Origin: Thaumarchaeota archaeon UBA164
Lineage (GTDB): Archaea > Thermoproteota > Nitrososphaeria > Conexivisphaerales > UBA164
Assembly: GCA_002499005.1 (NCBI GenBank)
Contig: DAJU01000010.1
Coordinates: forward strand, 201,302 to 265,301
DNA: 64,000 bases
Direction of reading: 5' to 3'
Within the stretch, counting starts at the first letter, position 1. The number at the start of each line of letters is the position of its first letter. Positions 8,478-19,549 of the stretch are shown piece by piece. Under the pieces are notes generated by a model that ran no database searches, was not told the origin of the DNA, and saw only the letters and a list, made by a program, of their open reading frames with translations. Position numbers and translations under genes: made by a program.

Positions 8478-10451
8478 TTACATCACCATAACTATAAGCA
8501 CAAACAGGGCCATTATCAGGGCTCCAAACAGCATGGTTATAAGGAGCCTGCTTATTTCGCCCTTCTGGTAGCCCCTGAGCTTGTCCGCAACCCATGTTAT
8601 TGCGCGTGGAACGTAAACGTGGTAAAACCTGTCAAAGGCTCCAAACTCGATGTACGACCTGAGGCCGCCAGCTATCCACTGAAGCCCATTCACGAACACC
8701 CTGTAATAAATGGCGTTTATCAGCCATCTGTCATACAGGAAGTTCCTTAAAGCTATTAGCGCGCCTGACTTCAGGGCAAGCTCCCTTCTTTTCAGGTATA
8801 TGCCCAGGGCCAGGCCAAGCCCCACCAGGCTTATGCCTACTGAGAGGGCCACGTCTGCTGGGTTAAACGTTATCGCTTCTGTAGGCAGAACAACTATTGA
8901 GCGAGTTGAAATAACAGAGTATATGTAGGATGAAAGCCCGCCGTTGGGGTAATACCAGAACACGCCAAACAAAAGCGTTGCAAGCGAGAGCAGAAGGTAC
9001 GGGACCCACTCTATTGGGCTTCCCTCCTTCACTTCCTTCTCAGGCTTGCCTGAGAACACTATCGAGAATGCCCTGAATATATAAAACGCCGTGAGGAAGG
9101 CACCCAGCGCTCCAAGCACATATGCGACTATGTTTCCGCTCTCAAGCGTTACTTCGAGAATAAGGTCCTTGTCCCAGAACCCGGAGAGCGGGGGTATGCC
9201 CGCAAGCGAAAGGGCGGCAAGGGCAAATGCTATCCCGGTTATCTTCATTTCGTTCCAGGCGCCCTTCATGTCCTTTATGTACCTGCTTGAGTACTCGTGT
9301 ATTAAAACGCCTGCGGCCATGAACATGGCGGCCTTGAACAGGGCCTGGCTTATCAGGTGGGACATTGAAGCAAAGAGCGCTATGGAGGGAACGGCAAAGT
9401 AGGCCGCTCCTATGCCCATGAACATGTACCCCAGCTGGGACGAAGTTGAATAGGCAAGTATGAGCTTTAGTTCGTTAGACGTTATGGCCATAGATGCCAT
9501 CATAAATGCCGTCAGAGCGCCTATTATCAGCACATATGTGAAGAATGATGAGACAGCGGAGTAAGCTCCAACGGCGGCGGAAGCAACAATTATCATTGGG
9601 GCGAACCTGAGCAAAAAGTAAACGCCTGCGTTAACCATGGTTGCAGCATGTATCAGCGCGCTTATGCTGGTTGGGCCGGTCATCGCCGTTACGAGCCATT
9701 CGTGGAACGGGAACTGCGCCGACTTTCCAAAGGCGCCCATTGTGAACGCTATCAGGAAAGGCAGCAGCATCCCCTTTGAGTTAAGGACCTGAATTATTGT
9801 GCCCATGTTTCTCTCTATTGAAAGGAGGCTTAGAGTGTGCGACGCATAGTAAAGCATTCCGATTCCAACTATGAACCCCACGTCCGCCAAAGAGGTGAAC
9901 ACCATTGCCCTCACTCCTGCTTGACTTGGGGTTGACCACATCTGAACGCCAAGCGCCTTCCTCCCAGGGTCGCCAACCCACCTCTCCTCCTCGTCAGTAT
10001 ACCAGTGCCCTATAAGGGCATATGACGCAAGCGTTGTGCCCTCCCAGCCAACAAGCATCACAACCAGGTTCCCCGCAAACACAAGCAACAGCATTGACCC
10101 TACAAAGAACGTAAAGAAGAACCAGTACCTGGTCCATCCCCAGTCGTTCTCCATGTACTTGTAGCTGTAAACTGAGATAAGAAATGAAACAAAGGCCACA
10201 ACGCTTCCCATCACAGCTGACAGGCCGTCCACCAGCATGCTAAATCTTATGCCGCTCCCAAGCAGGTAAAACCATGGAGCCGAGACGGTATATGGCATGG
10301 ATGAAATGGCGAACGAGGCCACCGATACCGCCAATGATACAAATATTGAACCCATTGAAAGGAATGGCGCGGCCTTCTTGCTAAGCAGTCCTGCAGCTGC
10401 CGCGGCCATGGGCGTTGCCCATGTTAACCAAATAAGCCATGTGTAACTCAT
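8478..10451 (-). CDS. nuoL: Complex I-like subunit L
   Basis: GWEG, GKSAQFPFHEWL..AMTGPTSISALIHAATMV. Confidence 0.93.
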   Translation of the reverse strand: MSYTWLIWLTWATPMAAAAAGLLSKKAAPFLSMGSIFVSLAVSVASFAISSMPYTVSAPWFYLLGSGIRFSMLVDGLSAVMGSVVAFVSFLISVYSYKYMENDWGWTRYWFFFTFFVGSMLLLVFAGNLVVMLVGWEGTTLASYALIGHWYTDEEERWVGDPGRKALGVQMWSTPSQAGVRAMVFTSLADVGFIVGIGMLYYASHTLSLLSIERNMGTIIQVLNSKGMLLPFLIAFTMGAFGKSAQFPFHEWLVTAMTGPTSISALIHAATMVNAGVYFLLRFAPMIIVASAAVGAYSAVSSFFTYVLIIGALTAFMMASMAITSNELKLILAYSTSSQLGYMFMGIGAAYFAVPSIALFASMSHLISQALFKAAMFMAAGVLIHEYSSRYIKDMKGAWNEMKITGIAFALAALSLAGIPPLSGFWDKDLILEVTLESGNIVAYVLGALGAFLTAFYIFRAFSIVFSGKPEKEVKEGSPIEWVPYLLLSLATLLFGVFWYYPNGGLSSYIYSVISTRSIVVLPTEAITFNPADVALSVGISLVGLGLALGIYLKRRELALKSGALIALRNFLYDRWLINAIYYRVFVNGLQWIAGGLRSYIEFGAFDRFYHVYVPRAITWVADKLRGYQKGEISRLLITMLFGALIMALFVLIVMVM

Positions 10452-11923
10452 ACCATCATCACCACCAGCTGCTTAACATAAGCAGAAAGCGGGTTAAAAA
10501 GCAGACCGGGGAAGGCGAAGGCTATAAGCATTATAGCCGCTATTATTGCCATGGGCACCAGCATCATCAGGTCCCCTTCCACAGCCTTGAGCTTTTGCGG
10601 GCCAAAGAATATCCTCTTCATTGCAACAAATGAATAGGCCGGGGTAAGCCCAAACCCTATCAGCACAAACGCAAGCAACGCTATGCCTCCCCATCCCATG
10701 CCCACCAGCACCTCACCTACCGCTATTAATATGAAAAGCTTGCTGAAGAAGCCAAACGTTGGGGGAAGGCCGGATATGTCCATGAAGCCCAGCAGCGCAA
10801 GGGCTGATGTATACGGCATGCTCTTTGCAAGGCCACCCATCTTGTTTATGTCCCTCAGGTTGTTGTTCTTGGCTATCAGGACGCCTGATGAGGAGAAGAG
10901 GATCGACTTGCCAACCGCATGGGCAAAGAACTGCAGTATGGCTCCTACGATGCCCAGGGGGGTTAGCGTTGCTATGCCCATGAGCATGTACCCCATCTGG
11001 GCCACGCTTGAATAGGCCAGCAGCCTCTTGAAGTCGTTTTCCTTTAGCGCCATAAGGCCGCCGTAAATTATGGTGACCACGCTGAGCGCTATGAGCAGTG
11101 GCCTGTAGCTTAGCAGCAATCCCCTGAAGAGAAAGTAATCTATCCTGATTATAGCGTATCCGCCTATGCCTATCATGGCAGGAGAAAGCAGTGCAGAAAC
11201 AGGCGTGGGTGCCTCGGCATGAGCGTATGGAAGCCAGACGTGAACCCCGAACACGGCCATTTTTATAAGAAGGCCAAGAGTTATGAGCAGCACAACAGGG
11301 CCTATAAGATAGCCCAGTGAGCTTATCCCTGGCGGCACAGGTATAAAGTTAAACGTATGAAGCACAAATCCGTAAATGAATCCCCCTATAAGGAACATAA
11401 AGCCGCCCAGGTGAGTCCATATGAGGTATATGAATGAAATCCTCTGCCTGTTGCCGTAGCCGTAAAGCGCTATCAGCAGGAATGAGGTTATAAGAGATAG
11501 CTCAAGAAATATGTAGAACAGTATGAAGTTGTTCGAAAGCACTATTCCAAGCATCCCTGCGCTGAAGTAGGTGTAAAGGAAGTAGTATAGGCCCCAGCTT
11601 TTGCGCCCAAGCTCCTCAAACCTCACGTTCATGTAAGGCCAGGAATATATGGATATCAAAAACGTTACAACCGCTATGCCAAGGGCAACCGGCCAGTTAA
11701 GGCCATCCAGTACCAGCTGGAAGTAGCCAAGCCCTGGCATTGCTATTGAAGGGCTGTAGTAGCTGCCGTATGCAAGCACGGCGACAGGCACTATAATCAG
11801 CGGTATTAGCAGGGAAATTGCGGATGCCCACATTGCTGCCTTTCCTCTGCCGTTAAGCGCTAACGCCGCTAGGCCTCCTACAAAGGGTATTGCCAGCGCA
11901 ACTTCAGTTATATAGCCTATCAT
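10448..11923 (-). CDS. nuoM: Complex I-like subunit M
   Basis: HVWLPYAHAEAPTPVSALLS, KRLLAYSSVAQMGY. Confidence 0.92.
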   Translation of the reverse strand: MIGYITEVALAIPFVGGLAALALNGRGKAAMWASAISLLIPLIIVPVAVLAYGSYYSPSIAMPGLGYFQLVLDGLNWPVALGIAVVTFLISIYSWPYMNVRFEELGRKSWGLYYFLYTYFSAGMLGIVLSNNFILFYIFLELSLITSFLLIALYGYGNRQRISFIYLIWTHLGGFMFLIGGFIYGFVLHTFNFIPVPPGISSLGYLIGPVVLLITLGLLIKMAVFGVHVWLPYAHAEAPTPVSALLSPAMIGIGGYAIIRIDYFLFRGLLLSYRPLLIALSVVTIIYGGLMALKENDFKRLLAYSSVAQMGYMLMGIATLTPLGIVGAILQFFAHAVGKSILFSSSGVLIAKNNNLRDINKMGGLAKSMPYTSALALLGFMDISGLPPTFGFFSKLFILIAVGEVLVGMGWGGIALLAFVLIGFGLTPAYSFVAMKRIFFGPQKLKAVEGDLMMLVPMAIIAAIMLIAFAFPGLLFNPLSAYVKQLVVMMV

Positions 11924-12225
11924 TCCTCTATCTCCTCCTGTGACGCTTCGCTCAGCATGCCGTGCCTGAACATGTAGATTAACGCGCTAATTATAACCGC
12001 TATCTCGGCAACGGCTACGCCTATTGCCAGTATGACCAGGCTTGAGCCCAGAAGCTGTCCTGAAAAGCTCAGCGCTGCGTAAAGCGTGAGCAACAGGAAC
12101 CCGTTAAACGACACTTCAAGGGACAGCAGCATCTTTACCATGTTCTTGTGATAAACTAGACCCCCCACGCCCAAGTATATCATCACAACAGACGCTATAA
12201 GAACAGGCATAAGCCAAAGGTTCAT
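11920..12225 (-). CDS. nuoK: Complex I-like subunit K
   Basis: 3 TM, LLSLEV..N and VAVAE conserved Glu motifs. Confidence 0.88.
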   Translation of the reverse strand: MNLWLMPVLIASVVMIYLGVGGLVYHKNMVKMLLSLEVSFNGFLLLTLYAALSFSGQLLGSSLVILAIGVAVAEIAVIISALIYMFRHGMLSEASQEEIEE

Positions 12226-12710
12226 TCCTGCTCACCACCCCTGCTTATTGCAACCGCGGCAACAAGCCCTATTGACAGGGCAAACATCAAGATCACCACG
12301 GCAAATCCGTTATCGATTATAAGCTTTACAACTTGCTGCACGGGGACCGTTGTTATGTATCCAGGGAACGCACTGGACGCAAGCGCCACCGCCGCAACAA
12401 GCAGCACGGCAAATGCGGCTACAACGCACAAAAAGCTCCAGCTTCTGAATGTCATCAAAGGCTCCCTGAACATGCTTACAGAAATTACTATGAAAAGCAC
12501 TGCAGCGCCAACGTATATTACTATCTGCACAAATGCAACCAGGTAGTATCCAAGCATTGCAAAGATGGCCGCGTTTGCAAGCCCCAGGAGCGCAAGGAAA
12601 ACTGATGAGTAAATTAATGATTTATGGAACACAGTTAACGTTGAAAACACTATCGCGCCTATCGCCAAAAGAATCAGCGCCAGCTCAAGGAGCGGGCTCA
12701 TATCCAACAC
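12222..12710 (-). CDS. nuoJ: Complex I-like subunit J
   Basis: 5 TM, QIVIYVGA motif. Confidence 0.88.
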   Translation of the reverse strand: MLDMSPLLELALILLAIGAIVFSTLTVFHKSLIYSSVFLALLGLANAAIFAMLGYYLVAFVQIVIYVGAAVLFIVISVSMFREPLMTFRSWSFLCVVAAFAVLLVAAVALASSAFPGYITTVPVQQVVKLIIDNGFAVVILMFALSIGLVAAVAISRGGEQE

Positions 12711-13221
12711 CCCTCTTCAGGTCAGGCCTTGACACGACCTTCTTTGAATTCTTATATGGCTCCTCTGGGGGCTTGAGGTACTCCTCATATGATGGCCTGT
12801 AGTCCTTATCGTTATAAAACGCCAGGTCATGAACGCCGCTTGGCACAAACGCGTCAACCGGGCATATGTCAAAGCAAAAGTAGCAGTATATGCATCTTCC
12901 CCAGTTTACAACGGGCCGCTTTGTCTTCTTTCCCTGGCCCGCTCCTTCAGGCACAGTCTGGCCGCTCTGAACTTGAACGCGCGGAATCATTGTTATTGCC
13001 TGGGGCGGGCATATCATTTCGCACATGCTGCAGCCTATGCACTTTTTGTCATCAACTGTAAAGAACCCCCTGTAGTTTGGAGGCAGCTTCATTGTTTCTG
13101 CGGGATAGTCAAGCGTCATCCTGTTTGGCTCAACCAAGTACTTGAACCCCTTTGCCAGTGCCCTTATGTGACCCACTATTGGGTTTCTTAGCTTCCTTTC
13201 CTTTGCAGAGCTTTCACTCAT
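12685..13221 (-). CDS. nuoI: Complex I-like subunit I (2x[4Fe-4S])
   Basis: CIGCSMCEMICP and CIYCYFCFDICP; probable ATG at 13221 overlapping the nuoH stop. Confidence 0.9.
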   Translation of the reverse strand: MSESSAKERKLRNPIVGHIRALAKGFKYLVEPNRMTLDYPAETMKLPPNYRGFFTVDDKKCIGCSMCEMICPPQAITMIPRVQVQSGQTVPEGAGQGKKTKRPVVNWGRCIYCYFCFDICPVDAFVPSGVHDLAFYNDKDYRPSYEEYLKPPEEPYKNSKKVVSRPDLKRGVGYEPAP

Positions 13222-14234
13222 AGAAAGATCACCTCCAATATCGATATCACAACCGCAAGGGCGCTTAAGCCCATGACGTAGCCCCACCCTGACCTGACTG
13301 CCTGGTCAAGCCTGTACCTTGGATACACAGACCTTAGGAACACGAGTATCGTCATGACTATGAACGCCTTAACCACAACAACAAGCCCGGGGAGTATAAG
13401 GCCCATTATTGGGCCCGGGGAGTAAAGCGGGGCCGGCCACCATCCGCCAAGGAAAAGAAGCGAGAATATCAGGCTGTAAACATAGAGCTCAACGTAGGGG
13501 GTTGCCATCCCAACTCCAAAGAACAGGGCAGAGTACTCGGTGAAAAGCCCCATGACCAGCTCGCTATCAGCCTCAGTTATATCGAATGGGAACCTTCCGG
13601 TTGTCCTGATCATCACTATTAACATTACAACGGCTGCAACCGGGTTCAGGATTATCCCCGGCAGGAACCTGTACTGGGACGCGACGGCGTCTATGTAATT
13701 AAGCGTCCTGTAGAATATGACCATTGAAAGAACAGAAAATATGAAAGGTATCTCATATGACATCAGCAGGAAGGCCTCCCTGAGGGACCCGACAAACGAG
13801 AACTTGTTGTCGCTTGACCATCCAATTACTATTGCGTAAATAGGGGTCACCAGTATAAGGGCTACCGACAGAAGCACTGTTAAGCCAGCCGGGAACAAAA
13901 GGGAGTAATAGGGGCCAACCGGCACAAATATAAGCGGAATCATGGAAAAGGCGAACATAAGCCCTGGCGCCAGTATGAACGCAAGCCTGTCAGCTCCTTC
14001 TGGCACTATAAAGCTCTGGAAGCTGAACCTTAAAAGATCGGCAACTGACTGAAGCGCCCCTCCAATCCTTTTTGAGACCCAGAGGGGCCCAAACCTCATC
14101 TGAACCTTGCCCGCTATCTTTCTTTCTATATATATGATTATTATGGCCAGCACCATTACAGTCACAAGCCCTGGAAAGATTATCACGTAAAGGAGGTCCT
14201 CAATAAGCCATATTATGAGAGGTATTATGCCCAT
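13218..14234 (-). CDS. nuoH: Complex I-like subunit H
   Basis: ERKIAGKVQMRFGP, RFPFDITEADSEL..TEYS, PRYRLDQ. Confidence 0.93.
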   Translation of the reverse strand: MGIIPLIIWLIEDLLYVIIFPGLVTVMVLAIIIIYIERKIAGKVQMRFGPLWVSKRIGGALQSVADLLRFSFQSFIVPEGADRLAFILAPGLMFAFSMIPLIFVPVGPYYSLLFPAGLTVLLSVALILVTPIYAIVIGWSSDNKFSFVGSLREAFLLMSYEIPFIFSVLSMVIFYRTLNYIDAVASQYRFLPGIILNPVAAVVMLIVMIRTTGRFPFDITEADSELVMGLFTEYSALFFGVGMATPYVELYVYSLIFSLLFLGGWWPAPLYSPGPIMGLILPGLVVVVKAFIVMTILVFLRSVYPRYRLDQAVRSGWGYVMGLSALAVVISILEVIFL

Positions 14235-15445
14235 TACCTGTCAGCCTCCGGCGGGAAGTAGTCCACGCTACCATATATTGCGGGCAGGTCCGCAAGCCTG
14301 TAGCCAACCGCCACATGCGTGAAGAAAGGAAGGTTCCTGAACGATGGGGTAACCCACCTGAACCTGTATGGGTACTTCCCTCCGTCGCTCCTCAGGTAAA
14401 AGAATATTTCGCCCCTTCCTGCCTCAACCCTTCCTGTGGCTTCGCCAGGCTGCGGCCTCATGTGATTGTAAAACGCTGGAAACATGACCCTGGCCCTTTC
14501 ATCGTAAACCTTTTTCATTACAGGGTTAAGCTGTTTGTATGTTCCCTCGTCTATTATTTTGCCTTCAGGCATGTCCTTAAGGACCTGCTTTATTATTTTC
14601 ATGCTTTGCTTTATCTCCTCAACCCTTATAAGAAGCCTGTCGTACGCGTCGCCGTTCTTAAAGGTTGGCACCTCAAAGTCAACGTTCTGATAGGCCGCAT
14701 ACGGGTCGTGCTTTCTTGTATCGTAGTAAACCCCTGAAGCCCTGAGGTTTGGCCCAACAACTCCAAGCCTTATTGCGTTTGTCTTATCGATGACACCGAC
14801 GTTGACGCACCTCGACTGAACAACAGGGTTTTTGACCCATATGTCATCATAGTCTTTGAGCCTTTTCTCCATGTATTCGAGGACCTTTTCCGCCCTTTCC
14901 TTGAACCCCTTTGGCATGTCCCACCTGACACCCCCAGGAATGATGTACGAATAAGTTATCCTGGCTCCTGTGAGCATTTCCATAAGGTCTATAAATGGCT
15001 CCCTGTCACCGAAAGCCCACATATAAACCGTTGATGAGCCTAAAAAGATCCCGAATATCCCTATCCCGTAGAGGTGGCTTGTTATCCTGTTTATCTCTGC
15101 CGCAAGCGTCCTCAGGTACTGAGCCCGTGGTGGGGCCTCAAGCCCCAGCAGCCTTTCAAGCGTTGTTATGTATGAAAGGTTCGCGTGGATTGTGTCGGGC
15201 AGCATTATCCTCTCAACTATTGGAATTGCCTTTATGAACTCCCTCCTTTCGCTCAGCCATTCGCTCGTCCTGTGAACAAACCCTATGTCAGGGTCAACCT
15301 TTACCACTATGTCCCCGTCAAGCCACACCTTTATCCTCATGTGGCCTGATCCCGGGTGCGAGGGACCTATCTGAAGCATTATGTATCTGTCGCCACTTAC
15401 GTCAATGTTTGGTGCCTCTTCTATGTTGTACACCCTTTCGCTCAT
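14234..15445 (-). CDS. nuoD: Complex I-like subunit D
   Basis: [20 protein letters not shown]-terminal EADR; no NiFe CxxC pairs. Confidence 0.92.
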   Translation of the reverse strand: MSERVYNIEEAPNIDVSGDRYIMLQIGPSHPGSGHMRIKVWLDGDIVVKVDPDIGFVHRTSEWLSERREFIKAIPIVERIMLPDTIHANLSYITTLERLLGLEAPPRAQYLRTLAAEINRITSHLYGIGIFGIFLGSSTVYMWAFGDREPFIDLMEMLTGARITYSYIIPGGVRWDMPKGFKERAEKVLEYMEKRLKDYDDIWVKNPVVQSRCVNVGVIDKTNAIRLGVVGPNLRASGVYYDTRKHDPYAAYQNVDFEVPTFKNGDAYDRLLIRVEEIKQSMKIIKQVLKDMPEGKIIDEGTYKQLNPVMKKVYDERARVMFPAFYNHMRPQPGEATGRVEAGRGEIFFYLRSDGGKYPYRFRWVTPSFRNLPFFTHVAVGYRLADLPAIYGSVDYFPPEADR

Positions 15446-15963
15446 GCCACCTTCAGCTCCGACTTGTCATACGTAAAGTCCTTTCTCAGGGGCCACTTTC
15501 CGTAGAAGTCGTCTGAAAGGAGTATTGGCCTAAGGTCTGGATGCCCCCTGAACTCTATACCAAACATTTCATGCGCCTCCCTTTCAAGGAATAGCGCGCT
15601 GGGCCAAACATCAGTGAGGCTGTCGACCGGTAGCGGGGGTCTTGCGGGGCCGTAGGTGCGGGTCCTTGGATCATATGCCTGTCTAGGCGGGCCCTTGCTG
15701 ATGGGCGTCCTTAAAGCTACAACCAGGCCTTCTAAGCTGTCAACGGAATAGCTTGAGGCGTGCCATATTACCTCTATCCTGTCAGGATAGTCAACGCCTG
15801 TAACTGAGACCACATGGTCAAGCCCAAGCTCAAGCATCTTTCTTGCTACCTGCTTGATCCTTGAAGGGTCCTGCACAAACACGTCAAACACCTTCCTCTT
15901 CTGGTCGTAAGTGACCTTTGCGCCCTCCGCTTCAAGCGCCGTCTTTAATTCATCAGCGTTCAT
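15442..15963 (-). CDS. nuoC: Complex I-like subunit C
   Basis: [26 protein letters not shown]. Confidence 0.92.
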   Translation of the reverse strand: MNADELKTALEAEGAKVTYDQKRKVFDVFVQDPSRIKQVARKMLELGLDHVVSVTGVDYPDRIEVIWHASSYSVDSLEGLVVALRTPISKGPPRQAYDPRTRTYGPARPPLPVDSLTDVWPSALFLEREAHEMFGIEFRGHPDLRPILLSDDFYGKWPLRKDFTYDKSELKVA

Positions 15964-16490
15964 CTTTGCTCACTTGGGATAAGGTTTGACCTTTCCCTGT
16001 CTATCTTTTCCTTCAGCATCATTACGCCCCTGGCCAGGGCCTCTGGCCTTGGAGGACATCCTGGAACATAAACGTCAACAGGCAAGTAGTCCCTGGCCAC
16101 CACTATGTTGTAGCTGTCCCAGAATATGCCGCCGTCCATTGCGCAGGCTCCCATTGCTATGACCCACTTTGGTGCAGGCATCTGATCGTAAACCCTCCTT
16201 ACAACCCTTGCCATCTTCCAGGTTGTCGTCCCTTCGACGACTATAAGGTTGGTCTGCCTTGGCCCTCCAAACGGGAGAAATCCAAGCCTTTCCAGGTCAA
16301 ACCTTGGTGACGCAGCCGCTGCAAACTCCGCGCCGCAGCAGGAAGTCATCAGGTGAACAGGCCACAGCGAGAAATTTACGCCCCAGCTTACCATCTTTGT
16401 TATGGGCTCCTTTTTCTTAAGGTACTCAAGCGACTTCTTGGCTACCTCTTCAAGGTTACCAAGAAATATCAGGCCTTCTCCGTCAGCCAT
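15960..16490 (-). CDS. nuoB: Complex I-like subunit B
   Basis: [25 protein letters not shown]. Confidence 0.94.
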   Translation of the reverse strand: MADGEGLIFLGNLEEVAKKSLEYLKKKEPITKMVSWGVNFSLWPVHLMTSCCGAEFAAAASPRFDLERLGFLPFGGPRQTNLIVVEGTTTWKMARVVRRVYDQMPAPKWVIAMGACAMDGGIFWDSYNIVVARDYLPVDVYVPGCPPRPEALARGVMMLKEKIDRERSNLIPSEQR

Positions 16491-16846
16491 TTCCTTATCA
16501 CCCCTGCCTCACGGTACGCAAACGCAAGCGCCGGCAAAACAGTAACCAGAGATGCTAGGAAAATTATAAAAGAAGGAAGCCTGTAGCCCAGCAGCACAAT
16601 AAACATTATTACAAACGCGGGCTCCATAAGCATGAACATAAGAAGGTACGGGAAGTACTGCATTATAAACTGCCCGCGCGCCCTTCCCTCGGGGAGGTTA
16701 CCGCTTTCAAACCTTTTGCTTGTGTCAGGCGCTTCCCCCCTGCTCAGGGCTCTACCCAGAACATAAGAAAGAATTGATATAACCACGCCAACTAGCAGGA
16801 TGACGGCCACATCCAGATAGACGCCGGCCCACCCTGTTATCACCAT
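16469..16846 (-). CDS. nuoA: Complex I-like subunit A
   Basis: 3 TM, RFESG loop, first gene of the operon. Confidence 0.88.
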   Translation of the reverse strand: MVITGWAGVYLDVAVILLVGVVISILSYVLGRALSRGEAPDTSKRFESGNLPEGRARGQFIMQYFPYLLMFMLMEPAFVIMFIVLLGYRLPSFIIFLASLVTVLPALAFAYREAGVIRKWLTEKA

Positions 16847-16938
16847 ACCATGGTTTTATTACTTATGGTTTTTAAAGTTTTCATTGAATTTGCCGTTTAT
16901 ATATAATGAATTTTTTCATATCTACACCAACAATATTG

Positions 16939-17781
16939 TTATTTTTCTAAAACAAGTGAAAGCGCCGCCTTAACTTCATCAGCGTACTCCCTATAATCGT
17001 TTACCGGCGTTTCCAAAATCATTGGAAGCTCCGCGAGCTTTGACTTCAAAACGGCCCTTATGCCTGACCTGCCAAGAAACCCTTTGCCTATTCTTTCGTG
17101 CCTGTCAAGGCCAGAGCCAAGCCTTGCCTTTGAGTCGTTTAAATGCACAAGCTTGACCCTTTTAAAGCCAATTGCATTGTCCAGCTTGCCCAGCACTTCT
17201 GCTATGCCGTTTTCAGTTGATATGTCATACCCTGCGGCGTACGCGTGACACGTGTCAAAGCATACGCCTGCCCTGTCGTCCTTTATCATTTCAATTATAT
17301 CGCCTATGTCCTCAAACCTTGACCCAACGCTGTTTTTTTGCCCTGCCATGTTCTCAAGCAAAACGAAGCAGCTGCAGTCTACAGAGGCTAAGGCGTCGGA
17401 TACGGCGGCAGCGACCCTTCTCTTGCCTTCATCTATTCCGGCCCCCAGGTGGCTCCCAACGTGCGCCACAATGAAGTTAAGCCCAAGCGCGCTGGCCCTT
17501 CTTAGCTCCTCCTTTAAAGATTCGACAGATAGCCTGTAAGTCTCCTCCTTTGGAGAGGCAAGGTTAGGCAGGTAAGGCATGTGCGAGTTAATTGCGTAAA
17601 AGGCTCCGTTTGTCGCGTCCTTGAAATTCTTAACATCGTCTGCGCTTAGAGCCGGATACCTCCAGCCACGCGGGTTTCTTGTGAATATTTGAAACGCCGG
17701 TAGCCCGAGCTCTTTAGCCCTTTCAGCAGACATATAGAGGCCGCCTGTTATGGGCATATGCGCCCCTATTTTAAGCTCCAT
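16939..17781 (-). CDS. nfo: Endonuclease IV (AP endonuclease)
   Basis: QIFTRNPRGW, HMPYLPNLAS, LENMAG, DTCH, HLNDSK..DRHE. Confidence 0.93.
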   Translation of the reverse strand: MELKIGAHMPITGGLYMSAERAKELGLPAFQIFTRNPRGWRYPALSADDVKNFKDATNGAFYAINSHMPYLPNLASPKEETYRLSVESLKEELRRASALGLNFIVAHVGSHLGAGIDEGKRRVAAAVSDALASVDCSCFVLLENMAGQKNSVGSRFEDIGDIIEMIKDDRAGVCFDTCHAYAAGYDISTENGIAEVLGKLDNAIGFKRVKLVHLNDSKARLGSGLDRHERIGKGFLGRSGIRAVLKSKLAELPMILETPVNDYREYADEVKAALSLVLEK

Positions 17782-17850
17782 AGGCCTGCTTTTGCTTCCC
17801 GGAAAGATAAGGGTTTTGCCCGCAGGTTTACCGCGCGGTTTTATCAGACT

Positions 17851-18492
17851 CTAAAGCCGCCGCATGCTGTTTATTTTTGGATCAGAGCGCCCGCTAACGC
17901 TACAGTTGCCCTTAATGTAAAACCTCCATTTAGCTTCGGTTCCTCTCCTTATCCCAACCCTGCCGCTTGCGCCTATAAGATCCTCCGGTATATCAGCCCA
18001 GCTTCCTATAAACAAAGGCGAGCATGAGGCCATGTCGGTCCCGTTAAAGGACCTATCTATCCTCAGCGCCTTAGTTACGTTCCCAGGGCCGCTGGAGATC
18101 CTGCATGGGTCGGCTGGCCTGTTCCTCAACGCTATGTCAAGGCCCTCTATTATCTCGCCAGACCTTATCAGCACCGCGCCTGCGTCCTTCCTAGGCGGCC
18201 TAGCTACTACGTTAACACAGTAATGCATGCCGTATGTGAAGTAGACGTAGGCCACGCCAACCCGTCCAAACATTATTGATGCCCTCCCTCTGTTGCCCCT
18301 GTAGGCGTGGCTTGCCGGATCGTCGGTGCCCCCATATGCTTCGACCTCTGTAATCATCATGGCAACAGGCCTGTCCCCGTACATCCTTACAAGAGCCTTC
18401 CCAAGAAGGTCCCTGGCCACCTGCACCGTGTCCCTCATGTAAAAGGACCTGGGTATAGGCCTATACCTTAAACAGGCGCCTGGGGTTGTCAA
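17851..18492 (-). CDS. mpg: 3-methyladenine DNA glycosylase (MPG/AAG family)
   Basis: TEVEAY..DPASH, YVYFTYGMHYC, AVLIRS, GPG, RVGI..WRF. Confidence 0.92.
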   Translation of the reverse strand: MTTPGACLRYRPIPRSFYMRDTVQVARDLLGKALVRMYGDRPVAMMITEVEAYGGTDDPASHAYRGNRGRASIMFGRVGVAYVYFTYGMHYCVNVVARPPRKDAGAVLIRSGEIIEGLDIALRNRPADPCRISSGPGNVTKALRIDRSFNGTDMASCSPLFIGSWADIPEDLIGASGRVGIRRGTEAKWRFYIKGNCSVSGRSDPKINSMRRL

Positions 18493-19225
18493 TTGCTATC
18501 ATTCTTGAAACTTCTTTCATAGAGGCTGACTCAAGCCTTTCGAGAAATGTCCTTACCCTTTCGGGCTCGCTGGGCTCTGTGCTCGTGTCAGAGTTAACCA
18601 GCACCCTTTCTGGACTAAGATATGATAGCATCTGAATTGCTTCATCAACTGATGCCTTCCCCGGCTGAAGCGATATACCCACATTAAATTCGCCTAGCCT
18701 TTCCTTTAATGAAGAAAAGGCCTGGGGGACCATGTGATCTATGACTGTAAGCTCCCTGGGGAACCCAACCTCGTCCACAACTTCAATCTCCTTTGAGGCC
18801 ACCAGGGCCTTATTTAACCGTGGAGTATGAACTATGGCCGGCAGGTCGTACTTCTTTGCTAGCCTCAGCTGAAGCGTGAAGGCCCTTCTTTCATCTTCAC
18901 TGGCGGTTTCAAGGCCAACCTCTCCAAGCGCCTTTGCCTGCCCCAGAAAATCTTCGAGTATGGAAAGGGCGCCGTCCAGATCCTCCGGGATGCACCTGGG
19001 ATGTATGCCAGCTGCAGGTATATGGAGAACCCCTATCTTTGAAAGCCTTTCCTGTTCTGCCTGAACAACCCACCTGAAAAGGTCCCTTAGCGTTTCTGGA
19101 GCCGATGGCCTTACCGGGATCCAGCTTGCTTCAACAACGCCTACAAGCCCCTGCGCCTTAAGGGATTCAATTACGTTTAGGGGCGTAAGATAAAAGTGGC
19201 TGTGCGAATCTATCCAAGAGGGCAT
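18461..19225 (-). CDS. TatD-family metal-dependent hydrolase
   Basis: DSHSH, GIHP, GEVGLE, VHTPR, IDH, NSD. Confidence 0.85.
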   Translation of the reverse strand: MPSWIDSHSHFYLTPLNVIESLKAQGLVGVVEASWIPVRPSAPETLRDLFRWVVQAEQERLSKIGVLHIPAAGIHPRCIPEDLDGALSILEDFLGQAKALGEVGLETASEDERRAFTLQLRLAKKYDLPAIVHTPRLNKALVASKEIEVVDEVGFPRELTVIDHMVPQAFSSLKERLGEFNVGISLQPGKASVDEAIQMLSYLSPERVLVNSDTSTEPSEPERVRTFLERLESASMKEVSRMIAIDNPRRLFKV

Positions 19226-19273
19226 GTTAATTTATCTTATAAGAGAGCTTTTATGGATTGCTCCTAAAGCCGT

Positions 19274-19549
19274 TCACTTGAACGGAATTCTGTAAGTTGC
19301 GCCGCACCTGCCGCATGTGTACAGAATCATGCCATTCCTTATCCTTATTCTTTTTGACAGCATGGGCGGCGAGTATGACTTGCACTTCTTGCAAAAGAGA
19401 AGCTTCAGCTCATAGGGCTGCCTTTCCCTTATCTTTTCATATATTCTTCTGGCAAGCAGGGCCTGCTTCTCCGCAAGCTCACTTGCTGGATCGCTGTACA
19501 CCTCAACAGTAAGCTTCCATGCTACAGCCTTAAGCCGTTTCAATCCCAA
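19274..19549 (-). CDS. RNase P protein subunit Rpp21 (component 4)
   Basis: LARRI..FCKKC..RIRIR..YTCGRCG..RIP zinc-ribbon pattern. Confidence 0.75.
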   Translation of the reverse strand: MGLKRLKAVAWKLTVEVYSDPASELAEKQALLARRIYEKIRERQPYELKLLFCKKCKSYSPPMLSKRIRIRNGMILYTCGRCGATYRIPFK

